Notes: a model not told the origin generated them from the letters alone. A DNA stretch of 64,000 nucleotides from Octopus sinensis (GCF_006345805.1 NC_043011.1:44776464-44840463), one strand, 5' to 3'. Positions 48,401 to 63,188 are shown, counted from the first letter of the stretch. Program-made: numbers and translations.

Positions 48401-50344
48401 TATGAAATACTTCGTCAAGAGTAAAAACAAAAACAGAAAGAAAAAATAAGCAAAGTCTATAAATTCACAGAATCAGAAATGAAATTTTCTTTTTTTCTCA
48501 TACAAATTCAAAGCTGTGTGAGTGGATTTGATAGACAGCAAAAAAAAGAACCCTATCACACACATGCATATAATGTATGAGTGTGCGTGTGCATATATGT
48601 ACACACATGCGTACACTCATATACACACATGATGGGCTTTTTTTTTAATTTTTCACCTACAAAATCCATTCACAAGGCTTTGGTCAGTATGAAGCTATAG
48701 TGGTAAACTCTTATCAAACACACCCTGAAGGGAGACTGATCCTCCAAATGCACTTTGGTCAACCTTTTCTGATTAATTATACTGCACCACCGCCACCACC
48801 ACCACTGGAGTTGATGTAATCGATTATACCCTGCCCCAGAAATTTCAGGTTTTGCACCTATAGAAGAAAGGATTATTATTATTATCATAGCACGCTGGAT
48901 GAAATGCTTAGCAGTATTTCGCCTGTCACTATGTTCCGAGTTCAAATTCTGCTGAGGTCGACTTTGCCTTTCATCCTTTTGGGGTTGATGAAATAAGTAC
49001 CAGTTATGCACTGGGGTCCAGGTAATCAACTATCCCCTACCCCAACTTTTCAGGCCTTGTGCTTACAGTAGAAACAATTATTATTATTATTGTTATATAC
49101 ACCAGCGGTGGTGCCCCAGCATGGCCGCGGCCTTCGGGCTAAAACATTTTAAAGGATTTTAAGGATTTACCCAGAAGCAGCAGCAGCAGTGCTGCCATCA
49201 TTGCTGATAATGATTACAAAAGGAAGGTAGAATCTCTAAATGGTAAGTTAGAACTCTCTTGTGGAATGAGATGTTAAATAAGGCACTCGTGATCATTGTT
49301 TTAATGTCAACTTGGCTATAGCTGCACAGGTCAGACAGAACTCATTGCCCTTTCTGTCACCAACCATATGTGTATGTACGTGTATGCATGTGTGTACATA
49401 TATACACATGCACACTTGAACATTATATATATATACATATATATATATGTGTGTGTGTGTATGTGTGATGGGCTTCTTTCTTTTCTGTCTATCAAATTTA
49501 ATCACATGGCTTTGGTTGGCCCGAGGCTAAAGTTGAAGGCACAAACCCCAGGTGCCAAGCAGAGCCCATCATACAAGTGTTGTTCTCATTCCTTTCCAAC
49601 ATTCCATGGAAACATATGAGGTCAGGGGAAAATATTAACCTTACTTGGAAACAAGTAAGGTAATATTTCCCTATGAACTGTTATGTTTTCGTGGAAGACT
49701 GGGAACGAATGAGACCACTTGTATGTTGGTGACACTTGTATACAACCACCAAGCTATGTCAAAACAATGAAACATACACACTCTTTATCTTCATTGTTTA
49801 ATATCCATTTCCCATGCTGGCATGGGTTGGACAGTCTGACAAGAGCTGGCCAGGCACTGCTTCACTGTCTGTTTTGGCATAATTTTTACAGGCACACACA
49901 TATATAGCTTTATGTACCATACACTTCTTTCAGTTTCAACATCATCATCATCATCGTTTAACGTCCGTTTCCCATGCTGGTATGGGTTGGGCGGTTTGAC
50001 TGAGGTCTGGAGAGCCAGCAGCTGCACCAGGCTTGAATCTGACCTAGCAATGTTTCTACAGCTGGATGCCCTTCCTGACGCCAACCACTCCAAGAGTGTA
50101 GTGGGTGCTTTTTACGATATTCATCAAATCAACTCACAAGGCTTTGGTCAGTCTAAGTATACTGGGAGTGGTCACAGTCAGAACGTCTTTTAGTGTATGA
50201 CTGCAGTATAAATGCTCATTTGAAACTAAACAATAAAAGCTAGATATATTCTTTGTTGTAAAGAAGAGTCAGTGATGGAGCCTCCACATGGCCATGTGAT
50301 CAGTAAAATGATGGCAACCAAACCTCCCTCAAATACTATCTTAG

Positions 50345-50690
50345 GCTGAAGGACCATGGCTCGGCGGTTAGTGTTGGGCTCACAATCATATGGTAGTAAA
50401 TTTGATTCCCATACTGGGCTGTGTGTTGTGTTCTTGAGCAAGGCACTTTATTTATGTTGCTCCAGTTCACTCTGCTGTAGAAACAAGTTGCAACGTCACA
50501 GGTGCCAAGCTGTATCGGACCCTTTGCCCTTCCCTTGGATAACATCAATGGTGTGGAGAGAGGAGGCTGGTATGCATGGGTGACTGTTGGTCTTCTGTAA
50601 AACAACCTTGTCCAGATTTGTGCCTCAGAAGGTAACTTCCTAGGTGCAATCCCATGGTCATTTATGACCGAAGGGGATCTTGACCCTTAT
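50345..50690 (+). mobile_element. SINE family D (tRNA head with Meta/V-like GTTGTGTTCTTGAGCAAGGCACTT block)
   Basis: Degenerate A/B boxes followed by the conserved-domain-like block. Confidence 0.55.
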
Positions 50691-50858
50691 CTTAAAGACA
50701 AAAGCGACACATTAGATAATGCATTTCTAGATATATTATGACTAATAAGAGTTTGAGTCAACAAGTGAGTCTCTATGTAGCTGTTCACCCAGCTAGAAAT
50801 AACAGCTAAATCTCTCTCCTCACACCCTACTATCTTTAAAAAGATGGAAGGACACTTT

Positions 50859-51269
50859 AGATGTAGGAGTGGCTGTGTGGTAAGTAGCTTGCTTACCAAA
50901 CAAATGGTTCCGGGTTCAGTCCCACTGCGTGGCACCTTGAGCAAGTGTCTTCTACTATAGTTTCGGGCCGACCAAAGCCTTGTGAGTGGGTTTGGTAGAC
51001 GGAAACTGAAAGAAGCCCGTCGTATATACGCATATATATATGTATGTGTGTGTACATGTTTGTATATCTGTGTTTGTCCCCCAAACATCGCTTGACAACT
51101 GATACTGGTGTGTTTATATCCCTGTAACTTAGCAGTTCGGTAAAAGTGACCGATAGAATAAGTACTAGGTTTACAAAGAATAAGTCCTGGGGTCGATTTT
51201 CTCGACTAAAGGCGATGCTCCAGCATGGCCACAGTGAAATAACTGAAACAAGTAAAAGAGTAAAGAGAG
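50859..51269 (+). mobile_element. SINE family C full copy
   Basis: Complete head, microsatellite and tail ending (TAAAAGAG)n. Confidence 0.9.
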
Positions 51270-52726
51270 TTTAATCTATGCTACACTAACACTGATACCA
51301 GCATGAGTCAATAAAAAACAAAGTAGCCTCTATGTAGCCGTTCTCTCTACTAGAAATGGCAGTCGACTGTCATGCTCTACTGTCTAAGAAAAATAAGGAC
51401 ATGTTGGGTAGTGTGTTCATGGGATCATTTTAGATAGGAACCAGAAACAGACGGGATGGTCACAAGTGGAGTGATTTTGATTATATTTGTACGTCGGACT
51501 AAACAACAACCAGGCAACAAGCTGTGAGTTTAATCTTTCCCTTTCTCTTGATCCCTTCATTCGTTTTCAAAAGCAGATCCTGATGTAGGAACCAATATAT
51601 TTTAAGGAATAATTTCACATATGACACCGGTGAGATTCGAGAACTCTGTGTGCACAGGTAACAAACTTACCAACAACACCGCTTGAATAAAAACAATACC
51701 ATCGATTCTTTATTAAGAATTAAAAAGGCAAATCCGTCACTCCAGTTACATTTCCCTTCTCTCATGGCATTTGTTGTATCAAAAACTCTTCTTTAAATTG
51801 AGTTATGTTTATTTTTTAATTCTTACTTAAAGACGAGCCACGTTATTCAAACTACGAGAAATTCCAGACTTATCTCCGTTAAATCATATATTAATGTCTT
51901 AAATATGAAATGACACATTAAACAATGTAGCTTTAGTTATACTATGTCCGAATAAAAAACAAGAGAGTCACGGTTGGAGCACTTTTAGTCATAGAACTTT
52001 TGGACTAGGGCTAAACCCGGAACTAAACATCAGCAATAACGGTAACGCATTAAATAATGTAGTCCTAGATATACTACGTCTAAATAAAAGACAAGGTCAC
52101 GGTTGAAATATCTTGGATCGCAGGTGTACAGGGTTGACCTCGGGCAAAATAACAACAACATCAACAACATTACTGATTCACACAATTGTAAGTAATACGC
52201 AGGGCTGCATTTGTATTTCAGTAATATTTTAGAGAAGAAATAGAAACTTGAGCTCTTTTCTCTGTGACAGATTATGCTTTAATGAGAGTTAATTAAAAAC
52301 ATTAACGCTACTCACAGTAAATTGCATTCGTGGTTTAATATAAACTTTGGCCAACCTTCGTCAGAAATCAAATCTCTTCCGCTTTCGATTCTATCAAGGT
52401 GAGTTATCTACCTTAGGTAGATGTGACTTATCTCCCCTTTTATAATTCTTGTTACATCTGAAAGATGTTTGAGGAATATTGGGATAGAACGAAGACGACG
52501 AGCTGGTAGAAGCGTTAGCGTGTTAAAAAAAATGCATAGCATCATTTCAGCCGGGTCTTTATGTTCTGAGCTAATCCCAACCGAGGTTGACTTTGTTTCC
52601 CCACCCTACAAAAAATTTCAGGTCTTGTGCCTACCGTAGAAAGTAAAAAAACAAAAAAATTAAAAAAAACAAAACAAAAAAAAAAAAAAACAGACCATCA
52701 AGACTGTTATTTAATTTTATTATTAC

Positions 52727-53080
52727 CTGAAGGATGACAAACAGGGTTGATATCGCCGAGATTTGAGTTCATAACATAAAGGCACTTTAATTAAATAGAG
52801 TTTTACTGATTCTAACAATTCAAGGTCAAAATGACACTCGCTGACGATACATCGAAGAGGCCAGGGAACAGAAGAAAGAAGACATGCACCCAACACCAGA
52901 GCTGAAGACACCTCCGAAAGCGGGGGCCCCGCCACGTCAAAACGGTAGAGGAGTAGGGGCCGAAACCGGACGTGGTTCCTCCTGATGATGTCTTGAGCTA
53001 ACTGGATCCTATAAAGGATCTGTTGTAGGAGCAGACCACGAAACACGGTTGTAATTCTTACTCTTGAATGGCGGCGAGGT
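52727..53080 (-). promoter_or_regulatory. Candidate GC-rich first exon/promoter of the mTERF-like gene
   Basis: Unique CpG-rich segment with a minus-strand donor TTCAG|GTAATA at 52727/52726 and a YY1-like AATGGCGGC at 53067-53075. Confidence 0.45.
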
Positions 53081-53520
53081 TATTAAAGTTGTTAGCGCGA
53101 TGGATTGAGCGTCTTGCCACAGTTGTTCCGAATCACTACACTCTGGTCTAATTCCATCGTTAGAGAGCCAGGCAAAACAGCTTGCAGTGTCTCTTCAAGT
53201 TCTTTGTGTTGTTATAGCAATACTTGTAATTACAGAGAAGCTAAGCTGTATCTTATCCAGTTGGTAGTATTTCCCTTGCATAAACGGGGCGAGCGGAGAC
53301 TTGTGTGAATGGACAATTACCAATCTTACTCATAAAATCATGCTCGGGTGTGAACGTGGATGTGTGATAAGTAGCTTGCTTAACAACTACATGGTCTCAG
53401 GTTCAGTCCCACTGCGTGGCACCTTGGGAAAGTGTCTTCCACTATGGCCTCGGGCCGACCAAAGTCTTGTGAGTGGATTTGGTAGACGAAAACTGAAAGA
53501 AGCCCGTCGTATATATATGT

Positions 53521-53560
<40 letters not shown>

Positions 53561-53740
53561 GCATGTGTGTGTATATGTTTGTGTGTCTGTGTTTGTCTCT
53601 CCAACATCGCTTGACAACCGATGGTTAAGTCCCAGTAATTGGCACCTTGGGAAAGTGCCTTCTGCTATAGTCTCAGACCAACAACAGATTTATGAGTGGA
53701 TAAACAGAAACTGAAAGAATCCCGTCGTGTGTGTGTGTAT

Positions 53741-54860
<1,120 letters not shown>

Positions 54861-54861
54861 T

Positions 54862-54973
<112 letters not shown>

Positions 54974-55253
54974 TATGTTCAATAAGAAAGAATTATTTTC
55001 GAAATTTTTCTCTTATGAGGTTTTTCACGCTATCTACCTGATAATTTCTTGTTAAGATTCCTTATTAAGAAGTTATCCTTAATTGTTAAATAATTTTATT
55101 CCGAAAAAACTTTTCCTATCCGAAATGCAATTCGAAGAAGCCTGCCATTTGCCGGATGTATTATATGTAAACTTCCCCATGTGCGTCGTTGGAGAGGAAC
55201 AGATAGCTGTTCGGCTTTGACGGTAGGGGTCGTTTATTTATATGTTCAGAATC

Positions 55254-55315
55254 AGTCTTGCTGATGAGTACGGTCGCAACTGCAGTAAGTACGAAATCAC
55301 AGGTGATACAAGACT
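55254..55315 (+). ncRNA. Type I hammerhead ribozyme motif, complete monomeric form
   Basis: AGTCTTG-CTGATGA-GTAC-(17 nt)-GTAC-GAAA-TCAC-AG-GTGA-TA-CAAGACT: perfect 7-bp stem I, 4-bp stem II with a G-C closing pair, hairpin stem III, and AUA cleavage triplet (cut after 55308). Confidence 0.88.
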
Positions 55316-55435
55316 AAATTCATTTTTTAAATGTCTTGCTTTGAAAAATTGCATTGGGTATGATTAGTAAAATTTTTTGGTAGAAATGACTAATGTCCCT
55401 CTTAGCGTGTGGCATGTATGTGTAATAATGCCCTC

Positions 55436-55504
<69 letters not shown>

Positions 55505-55717
55505 ATCTATATATATATATAATATATATATATATATGGTACTTGTAGTAGGCATCCATCGGTCTCGAGAAGCCATAGAGCTGCGCCCGAAAAAAAAGGT
55601 CAGCTGCTGCTGGTGCTGCGGCGTCTGTTATGGCTGGACAGGCCCACGCGGGAGTGGCATTTGAAGGAGCTCTCTACCGGTGTACATATGCAGGTATACA
55701 GACAGACAGACAGACAG

Positions 55718-55756
<39 letters not shown>

Positions 55757-55818
55757 ACACACACACACAGAAGTTTGTCGGATAATTTCATTCGTTTATT
55801 TTTCATTTGCGTTAATCT

Positions 55819-56110
55819 TCAGTTTTTATCAACAATTTTAACGATCAGCTCCTCCAGTCGATCCTCATCGTGGCTGACCTGGTTGAATCGACTCAAATTG
55901 AACCGAACAAGCCATCCAGAACGCAGAGAGTCTGCAAGGAGAACATCCCCATTCACCAAACCATCAAAGCATCCAAACCATTTCTGTGCAATTCTTTCAA
56001 TATTAGCACTTTCTCTGTGCAAACCACATATACGTCGAACGGTTTCAGCAACTTCGGAACCTTGAGTTAAATTGATGACAAACTGGTATCAAAAATGCTC
56101 ATTTTCTTTT
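55819..56110 (-). pseudogene. Mariner transposase N-terminal (HTH) fragment
   Basis: AETVRRICGLHRESANIERIAQKWFGCF...GDVLLADSLRSGWLVRFN aligns by eye to the mariner pattern AEA.RNIC.VYG....ERT.QRWF..F..GDF.LED..RSGRP..FD. Confidence 0.7.
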
Positions 56111-56810
56111 TCTACTTGACACTCCGTCACCATATATCTGAAAATAGGCTAAATGTATTCATGTTTTAAAAACGACGAACAAAAAGTTTTAGAGGAAGAA
56201 TAGGGGAACAACACAAAGCAATACAATAAAATATTTTTCGTGTTAATCGATATAACGTTGGTAAGAAACGAACGAATTTATCTGACAACCTAGTATAATA
56301 TATAGGATATATAATGTATATGGATATATTGCATTTGCAGACTATTATCTCCCGCCATCGATATAAATACGAGTGCCTTTATGCACCGCAAGTCCATGGT
56401 AAAGAATGCAGTATTCTGTGTTCTAACACGACATCCACTTCTAAGTAGGGATAAATATTAAGTTTTGGTATGAATGCTGCTTCAGACTTTAGTAATTATT
56501 TTATAGTAATATATGAATATGTATATAATATGAACAGCATTTCTGGAAGGACTATATCACTCTCACAAAGAGACACTCATCCAGCGAGATGGAAAACACG
56601 GCGTTTCTTTGTTTTTCAGATCACGTCTTCTTCCCAATGATCTCAAGACGGAGATAGGACAATAGCTCTGACAGACGAGATGAACTGAATTTGGGACAAC
56701 CGATGAAGAGTCCCAAATAACAAATTGTTATATGCCAGCTTCAGAAAGCTCATAACAGCGTTGACTACTGCAGCTATATCGAAGCAATCCTTTTAATGTT
56801 ATAAAGTATA

Positions 56811-57108
56811 CTAGCAGTATCGCCCGGCGTTGCTCGGATTTGTAAGGGAAATAACTATATAAGCATTTTTAGAGAGTTACTTCCCTTATATAATAGCAAA
56901 AAATGCATTAAAAATGGGAAAAAATGATGGTAAATTTTTTTTAAAATCGTAGACTCATCGTAGACGCGTGCTAATACCCAGAAGGGCTCGATATGAATCA
57001 CGACTATAAGATACCCGCTTTTGGTTAAACTGCACCGCAAAATGTGGGAGTAGTTAGGAATCTAAATCGTAGGAGACAGACACACAACTTCACTTTTATA
57101 TATAAAGA
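56811..57108 (-). mobile_element. Non-autonomous Helitron, 298 bp, canonical termini
   Basis: Minus strand A|TCTTTATATATAAAAG ... CCGAGCAACGCCGGGCGATACTGCTAG|T. Confidence 0.85.
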
Positions 57109-57902
57109 TTACATGCATCTTATATCTTTTATCGTTTACCTGTTACAGTCATTAGACTGTGAGCATACTAGGACACCGCCTTGAAGAATTTTTTTCAAAT
57201 GAATCGACCCCAGTAGTTATGGTAGAATGGTCCCTACCTTCATACACAGATAGTGAGAAGGAACACCAGTTGGCTGAAGTTAATTGAGAAATTTTATTGG
57301 ATAGACAACCACTATCATCGTGGTTTAACATCACCTGGTTTACCCTGCCATCGTGTTTTAACATCACCCCTTGGTCCTAGGATGTCTTTAGTAAAATAAT
57401 GTATTCCATTTCAGGCATTCAGTGTAGCTCACTAGTCTGAGGAGGATAACATCTTTCACTGGGATGTTGATTAACGCCAGATCAAACCTGACGGAATACA
57501 TCCATGAATGAAAAGAATTCCAGCTACGTCAGCTGTAGTCATGTCTTGTCTTTTCTAATATGTCCCTCTTTTTCTTTAAGGCAGATGATTTGAAATATAT
57601 TTGCCAACTATTTTAAACAGATTTTAACAGATTGAGCGTCCATGTAGAGGTTTTTCTCACCATCGTGTTTTCTACATCATCGAACAAAGCTGCTCACCGC
57701 TATTTTCACACTACCTCCTCATCTCTTCATTGTTCGGTTTCCTACACCCCGCCATCTTCACAACACCGTCTTCATTACACAAACCGTTATTACCACTAAA
57801 GGAAATCACAGAATGTTCGAGTATCTCGTGGCATCAGTTTGAACCCGAGGTTAGCTTTGATCCCGAAAATCCAGTGATCAAAGGCGTTGCAGCCGCGACT
57901 AT

Positions 57903-58311
57903 TCTTTTTTTCTTGTTCCAGTCATTTGACTGCAACCATAAAGTCATTTGACTGCTTTAAAGGGTTTTAGTCAAAGAAATCGACCCCAGAACTTACTCTT
58001 TGTAAGCCTAGTGCTTATTCTATCATACTCTTTTGCCGACCGCTAAGTTACGGGGACATAAACACACCTATATCAGTTTTTTAGCGGAGGGACAAATATT
58101 CACACACACACACGCATGCACGCACATATATATGTGTATATATATATATTTGACGGGATTCTTCCAGTTTCTGTCTACCAAATCCACTCACAAGGCTTTG
58201 GTCGGCCCGAGGCTATAGTAGAAGACACTTGCCCAAGGTGCCATGCTGTGGGACTGATCGTGGAACCATATGGTTGGGAAGCAAGCTGCTTACCACACAG
58301 CCACACCTGCA
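57903..58311 (-). mobile_element. SINE family C full copy
   Basis: Reverse-complement match. Confidence 0.8.
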
Positions 58312-60014
58312 GAGTTTTTTCAGACGTGGTCTCTCTCTAGGACTACATTAAGTAATATATCATCCGTCCTATTTTAAAACGGTAGAGTTTAATTTGAGGG
58401 ATATTCGATTACCATCTCTAGCAGGTAGAGCGACCACATTGAAACTTCCATATACTTGACTGATGGAGTTTTGTAAAAGAATTATACGTAGATATTACCG
58501 TAAAGCATAATGAAATATGTCTCAATTTCTGTATGAACTTGCTTGTACATTACTCAATGGTTTCCAACATTATTAATGAGATATTCATGCAATGTGATTG
58601 CATCAATAAATTCTCGTGTACATTCTTTTGACTTGCGTTGGATATAAAATCTTCGAAATTTAACAATACCTGGCGTGTTGTTCCTCGCAGTAATGCCGAA
58701 GATAATGAAGGGTTTGCAACCTCATAGGCCCTTAAAACTTCAAAAAACACTAAAATTTGTTTAATCCTTGAGTATTTAAACCACACATGCTCGGTCAAAA
58801 TATTTCACTTGTTTTATGCTTAAATTGGCCAAGTCTGGCCTCCCACATCTACCCTATAATGTTAATGTAGAAATAAACATTTGCTTCATTGAATTTTTGG
58901 AGCAACAAGATAATGCAAGATTAATTCAAACCATTGTGAATAAATAAGCATTACATTTGATAAAGTAATCTGAATGCTACAGGATTAAGGATTCTCAGAA
59001 GCAGACTTATGTTTGAAGAAACCCAGTAAATACCGGAACCAGTGGATTAAATTGGGTCTCACCTGTTCTAAATGATAGTTGTTTTATTTATCAATCCAGA
59101 AGGATGAAAGGAAAGTTGACGTGTATAGGAATTGAAATCAGAACGTACAGGGCTAGAATAAATACAGCAAGGCATTTTGCCCGACAATTTACCGATTCTA
59201 ACAATGCACCTTATACATATTACACAAATATACGTTAAATGGGGACATTACATAACAGTATCGCTTAATTTTAAGGGAATTCGACATGGTTGATTGACTT
59301 GGTAGATGCAGCGACTAAATCTCTAGATAAAAGACACATTAGATAATGTAGTCCTTGATGCATTGTGACAAGAAAAAAGATGAATTCGGCTAACCTAGGG
59401 CTAAACAACAAGAGTAACAACGACATAAAAACATCCCTAATTTTAGTGAATTATAACGGATGGTGGTGGTGGTGGTGGTGGGGTGTTGAGGGTTCGAATT
59501 ACCAGATTTTTCTTGGAATAACATCTGGGTATCATAGCAACTTTAGTCAAGGGTAAAAAACAAAAGTTTAATATTTCCTCTTTATATAACATCGTCGCTC
59601 GGCCGCATCCCACTCAATTTCGAAAATGTTTGGTGTTTCTCTCCATGTACTCATAGGACAAACGTCTATTCGGAGACATGTACACAAACATACACATAAC
59701 CACACACATACATACACACACACGCACACACGCACATACATGCATACACACATACAATCACCCACACATACACACATAACACTTGTAATATATTACGACA
59801 TTTACAAAAATTACTCACACACATATACACACAACAGATATATGTGTGGGGGTGTGGACGTGTGTCTGTGTATATGTGTGAATGTATTGCTATTTCATAA
59901 TTATAATATATCCTCTAGAGGCGGAGATCATTTGAATAAGTCAAGAATTTATGTTTTAAGTTATTTGATAAACATGTATTTGTTTACGTGCGTGTTTGTA
60001 TGTATATATTAATT

Positions 60015-60225
60015 TCAAATTTTGGCAGAAGGCCAACAGTTTCGGGGCAGGGGTAAGTCGATTACATCGATCGCAGTGCTCAAATGGTACTTATTTTATC
60101 GACCCCAAAAGGATGAAAGGCAAAATCAACCTCGGCAGAATTTGAACCCAGAGCATGAAGACGAACGAAATGCCGCTAATTATTGTGTCCGACGTGCTAA
60201 CGATTTTGCCAGCTCGCCGCCTTTC
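60015..60225 (-). mobile_element. SINE family B
   Basis: Tail, Deu/Nin-like block and head CTGCCAGCTCGCCGCC-like are present. Confidence 0.8.
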
Positions 60226-60879
60226 TATCTATATATTCAAAGGTGTTGTTTGTTTCGTATAATGTATGTAACACCTCCATAGTTACACTGAAGAACTAAC
60301 TGATGTATACCTCGTTGGCTTCATTGATTATTCAATTCTTTGCTCGACCCCGTGTAAACACACACACCGAGATGGAAGTGGACACACCGTGCAACATCAG
60401 GTGGTTTGTGTGATGTAGAGATACGTCACATGCTGAATATATAGGGGATTCACAACATCTGTACCGATGCAGGTTAGGTTAACCTCTGTTCTACCATATC
60501 TTAACTTCAACCTGTTTGCAAACGCATACTGTTTTCCGGCTAAACGATAAAAGACGAGTAGAAATTAAGTGGGGTTCGCAACTAGATCCATACTGCTTGG
60601 AGGATGATGCTCCTTTCATTAGTCTCATCAAGTTTCTTTTAGCGTTGAATTTTTTTCTTATTGGCTTATGGAAAGCGAAAACTGAAAACAAGTGCCTTCT
60701 TTGTAGACCTCTCAGCAGTTTACTATATTATTTGTTGCGTGGATTTTAATTCTTACCAAGAAAATCCTTAAATCTTTTAACAGAATTACGGGAAATAAAA
60801 CTTATCTCTATGATTGAGGGAAAACACTAAGAGAACCAGGGGAAAAACGGAGTCTCTCAAAGATCGATCCTATGCCAAC

Positions 60880-61300
60880 TGTCATTAAACCCTCCGCCTG
60901 GATTCCTGAGAACGACCAACAGAGATTTTGGATATTATCCAGCCATCTCGTTCTTAGTCTACCCCTAGGTCTCCTTTCGGTCGTCTAAGCTTGAAGAATC
61001 CGTCTTGAGATTCTATCTTGTGACATTCAAATCGCATGTCCGTTGTACCGGAGCTGTGACTTTTCAATGTGGAAAAGCAGCGGCTCGACCCGGATAGAAT
61101 TTCTACTCACCGAGCTCCGTACCCTGACGAATAACATTATTCCAGAGACCACTTCGAGGATAACACACCCTCTCACCACCTCCACCATTTCGGCCGCTTG
61201 TATTCACTATTGCCCAATGTTCATGACCATAGGTAAGGATAAGCACGAAAACTGAACTGAAAATGTTTGGGAGTTTTTTTAGCAACCTTTCTTCTTCTGA
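60880..61300 (-). mobile_element. RTE-clade LINE remnant
   Basis: Minus strand IFSSVFVLILTYGHEHW and, after a frameshift, EPLLFHIEKSQLR. Confidence 0.7.
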
Positions 61301-62019
61301 CGATAGAAAGTAGGAACGGGTGCATTGCTGTGTCAGTATCTGCATTCTTGCATGCATTGAATTGGTTTGTCACCGAGTGCTGCAAGATAAGGATGAGAAT
61401 TAGTATTGCAAATAGCAAGGCATTGGTCCTATTAAGAAAGCCTTTCCAGTGCACTGTGCATGTTAGTGGAACATCACCGAGACAAGTGGAGAAGTTTAAG
61501 TTTAACTATGTGTTTGTATGTATGTATGTATATATGTATGTATGTACACGTCATTTTACGCCGAATCGAGTCACGAGACAACTCTCAGTTTCAGTTTCAA
61601 TTAAAAGAATTATGTACATACATGTATATACATGTGCATGCATGTATGTATGTATGCATGTATAAATATATATGTATATTTATATACATACGTACATACA
61701 TATATACAATGCATATGTTCATACATAATACATACATTCATACATATATGCATACACATACACACACATATATGTACATATAAACATATATGAGTAGACA
61801 TACACACGCGAACATACCACTACTTATAAAATTTAGTTACTTTACGGTTGTTCGCTGTTCTCGCTATAATCACTCAAGTGTGCAGCATATTTCACTGCTG
61901 AGAAGTTTCAAGTACTATATTATGGGTCCAGAAACAGATCGCAATAGGAATAAACAGGATCAAGGTTTAGTGCAGTCCCAGTGTCAAAATCGGTACTTCA
62001 CCTGAGAATCCACATGAAT

Positions 62020-62270
62020 AAAGATGCAGCGCTATAGCTCGTTGAATTATGGGATCATTCACAGCAAGAAAAATTATTCTGTGCTACCCCTATGGAGAAC
62101 ATTTGTTTTCAGTTGCCTAGATTACTGCTCTCAACGATGGTCGCCACGAATTGACAAGCTAATTGTGGAACTCGTGGCAGTCTAACGCCACCACGCGAAG
62201 ATTGACTCGGCAGAGCGGATGAACTATCGAGAGATGCTAAATGAAGTGAGACTTTACTAGAGAGAAGAAA
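62020..62270 (+). mobile_element. CR1-group LINE remnant, upstream piece
   Basis: LWRTFVFSCLDYCSQRWSP...ELVAV*RH...MNY.E.LNEVRLY resembles the post-RT CR1/L2 motif L..LDYCS.VWSP...LE.VQR. Confidence 0.7.
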
Positions 62271-62353
62271 TGAAAGATGCCGTCCAAGGAATCATGAGGT
62301 GGCACATAATATTGATTCTTGGAATGCTTTTTAAAAATGTTTGATTCGTGTCT

Positions 62354-62440
62354 ATTCACCTGATGAAAACAGCTTTTTTTTCGAATGATGTAATAACTCT
62401 ATTCATAAATAAAAACTCGTTTGAAACAGCTGTAGTGAAT
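62354..62440 (+). ncRNA. Type I hammerhead motif with elongated stem II
   Basis: ATTCAC-CTGATGA-AAAC...(48 nt)...GTTT-GAAA-CAGCTG-TA-GTGAAT: 6-bp stem I, palindromic stem III ACAGCTGT and GUA triplet. Stem II closes A-U rather than G-C. Confidence 0.6.
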
Positions 62441-62745
62441 GAACCAATATCAAGCTGTTATTTGTTTATCATTCACCTTACTCGGAATCTGCAATTAGCG
62501 TGGGTCTGGAGTCTGTTTAGTGCTGTACACTTAGTGCAGTGTATGTTCTTAGATACAACCTTGAGACTCGTGATATAATCAGTCGGGCGCATCTGATTGT
62601 TTATGCAATTGGAATATTAATCCGCCTCTACTTCGGTATTTCGTATATATTCCTCTAATTTTATTATGTACACGGTTGCTATTTCTTAGACTTGAACTTG
62701 GTACTTTACTATTTAGGCACCTGATTCAATCGAATCCTGAACTTA

Positions 62746-62826
<81 letters not shown>

Positions 62827-62886
62827 GTCTGTCTTCTGTCTGTCTGTCTGTACATCCATCCATATATACATATACATACATACATA

Positions 62887-62966
<80 letters not shown>

Positions 62967-62976
<10 letters not shown>

Positions 62977-63188
62977 TAAATTAGAGATAAAACCACTATT
63001 AGGCAAATCAAACGATGAAAAACTTAAGCCAATACATAGAATTAATTAATTAATAATATTTTAAATATATATCAAAATTTAATAAACTTTTGATATATAT
63101 ATAAATTAATTAATTTTATGTATTGGCTTAAGTTTTTCATTGTTTGATTTGCCTAATAGTGGTTTTATCTCTAATTTAATATAATATA
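62967..63188. repeat. Long inverted repeat, 85-bp arms
   Basis: 62967-63051 pairs with 63104-63188 with only two mismatches, both G:T. Confidence 0.95.

Noticed and set aside
52396-52404. Perfect plus-strand donor AAG|GTGAGT
   Set aside because: No matching plus-strand exon or acceptor could be identified.
52900-52995. CTGAAGA...GAAAGCGGG..CCCGC and GAAACC..GGTT..CTGATGA as hammerheads
   Set aside because: Stem II or stem I cannot form and the U16.1 position is wrong in the first.
58550-58798. 82-aa minus-strand ORF with a possible 61-nt exon (AAG|G...CCAG|GTATTG)
   Set aside because: No recognisable domain or partner exons; splice-like motifs of this strength occur by chance.
60491-60800. 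KTSAFFVDLSAV motif resembling an RT domain
   Set aside because: It is a single short motif across frameshifts, too decayed to assign.
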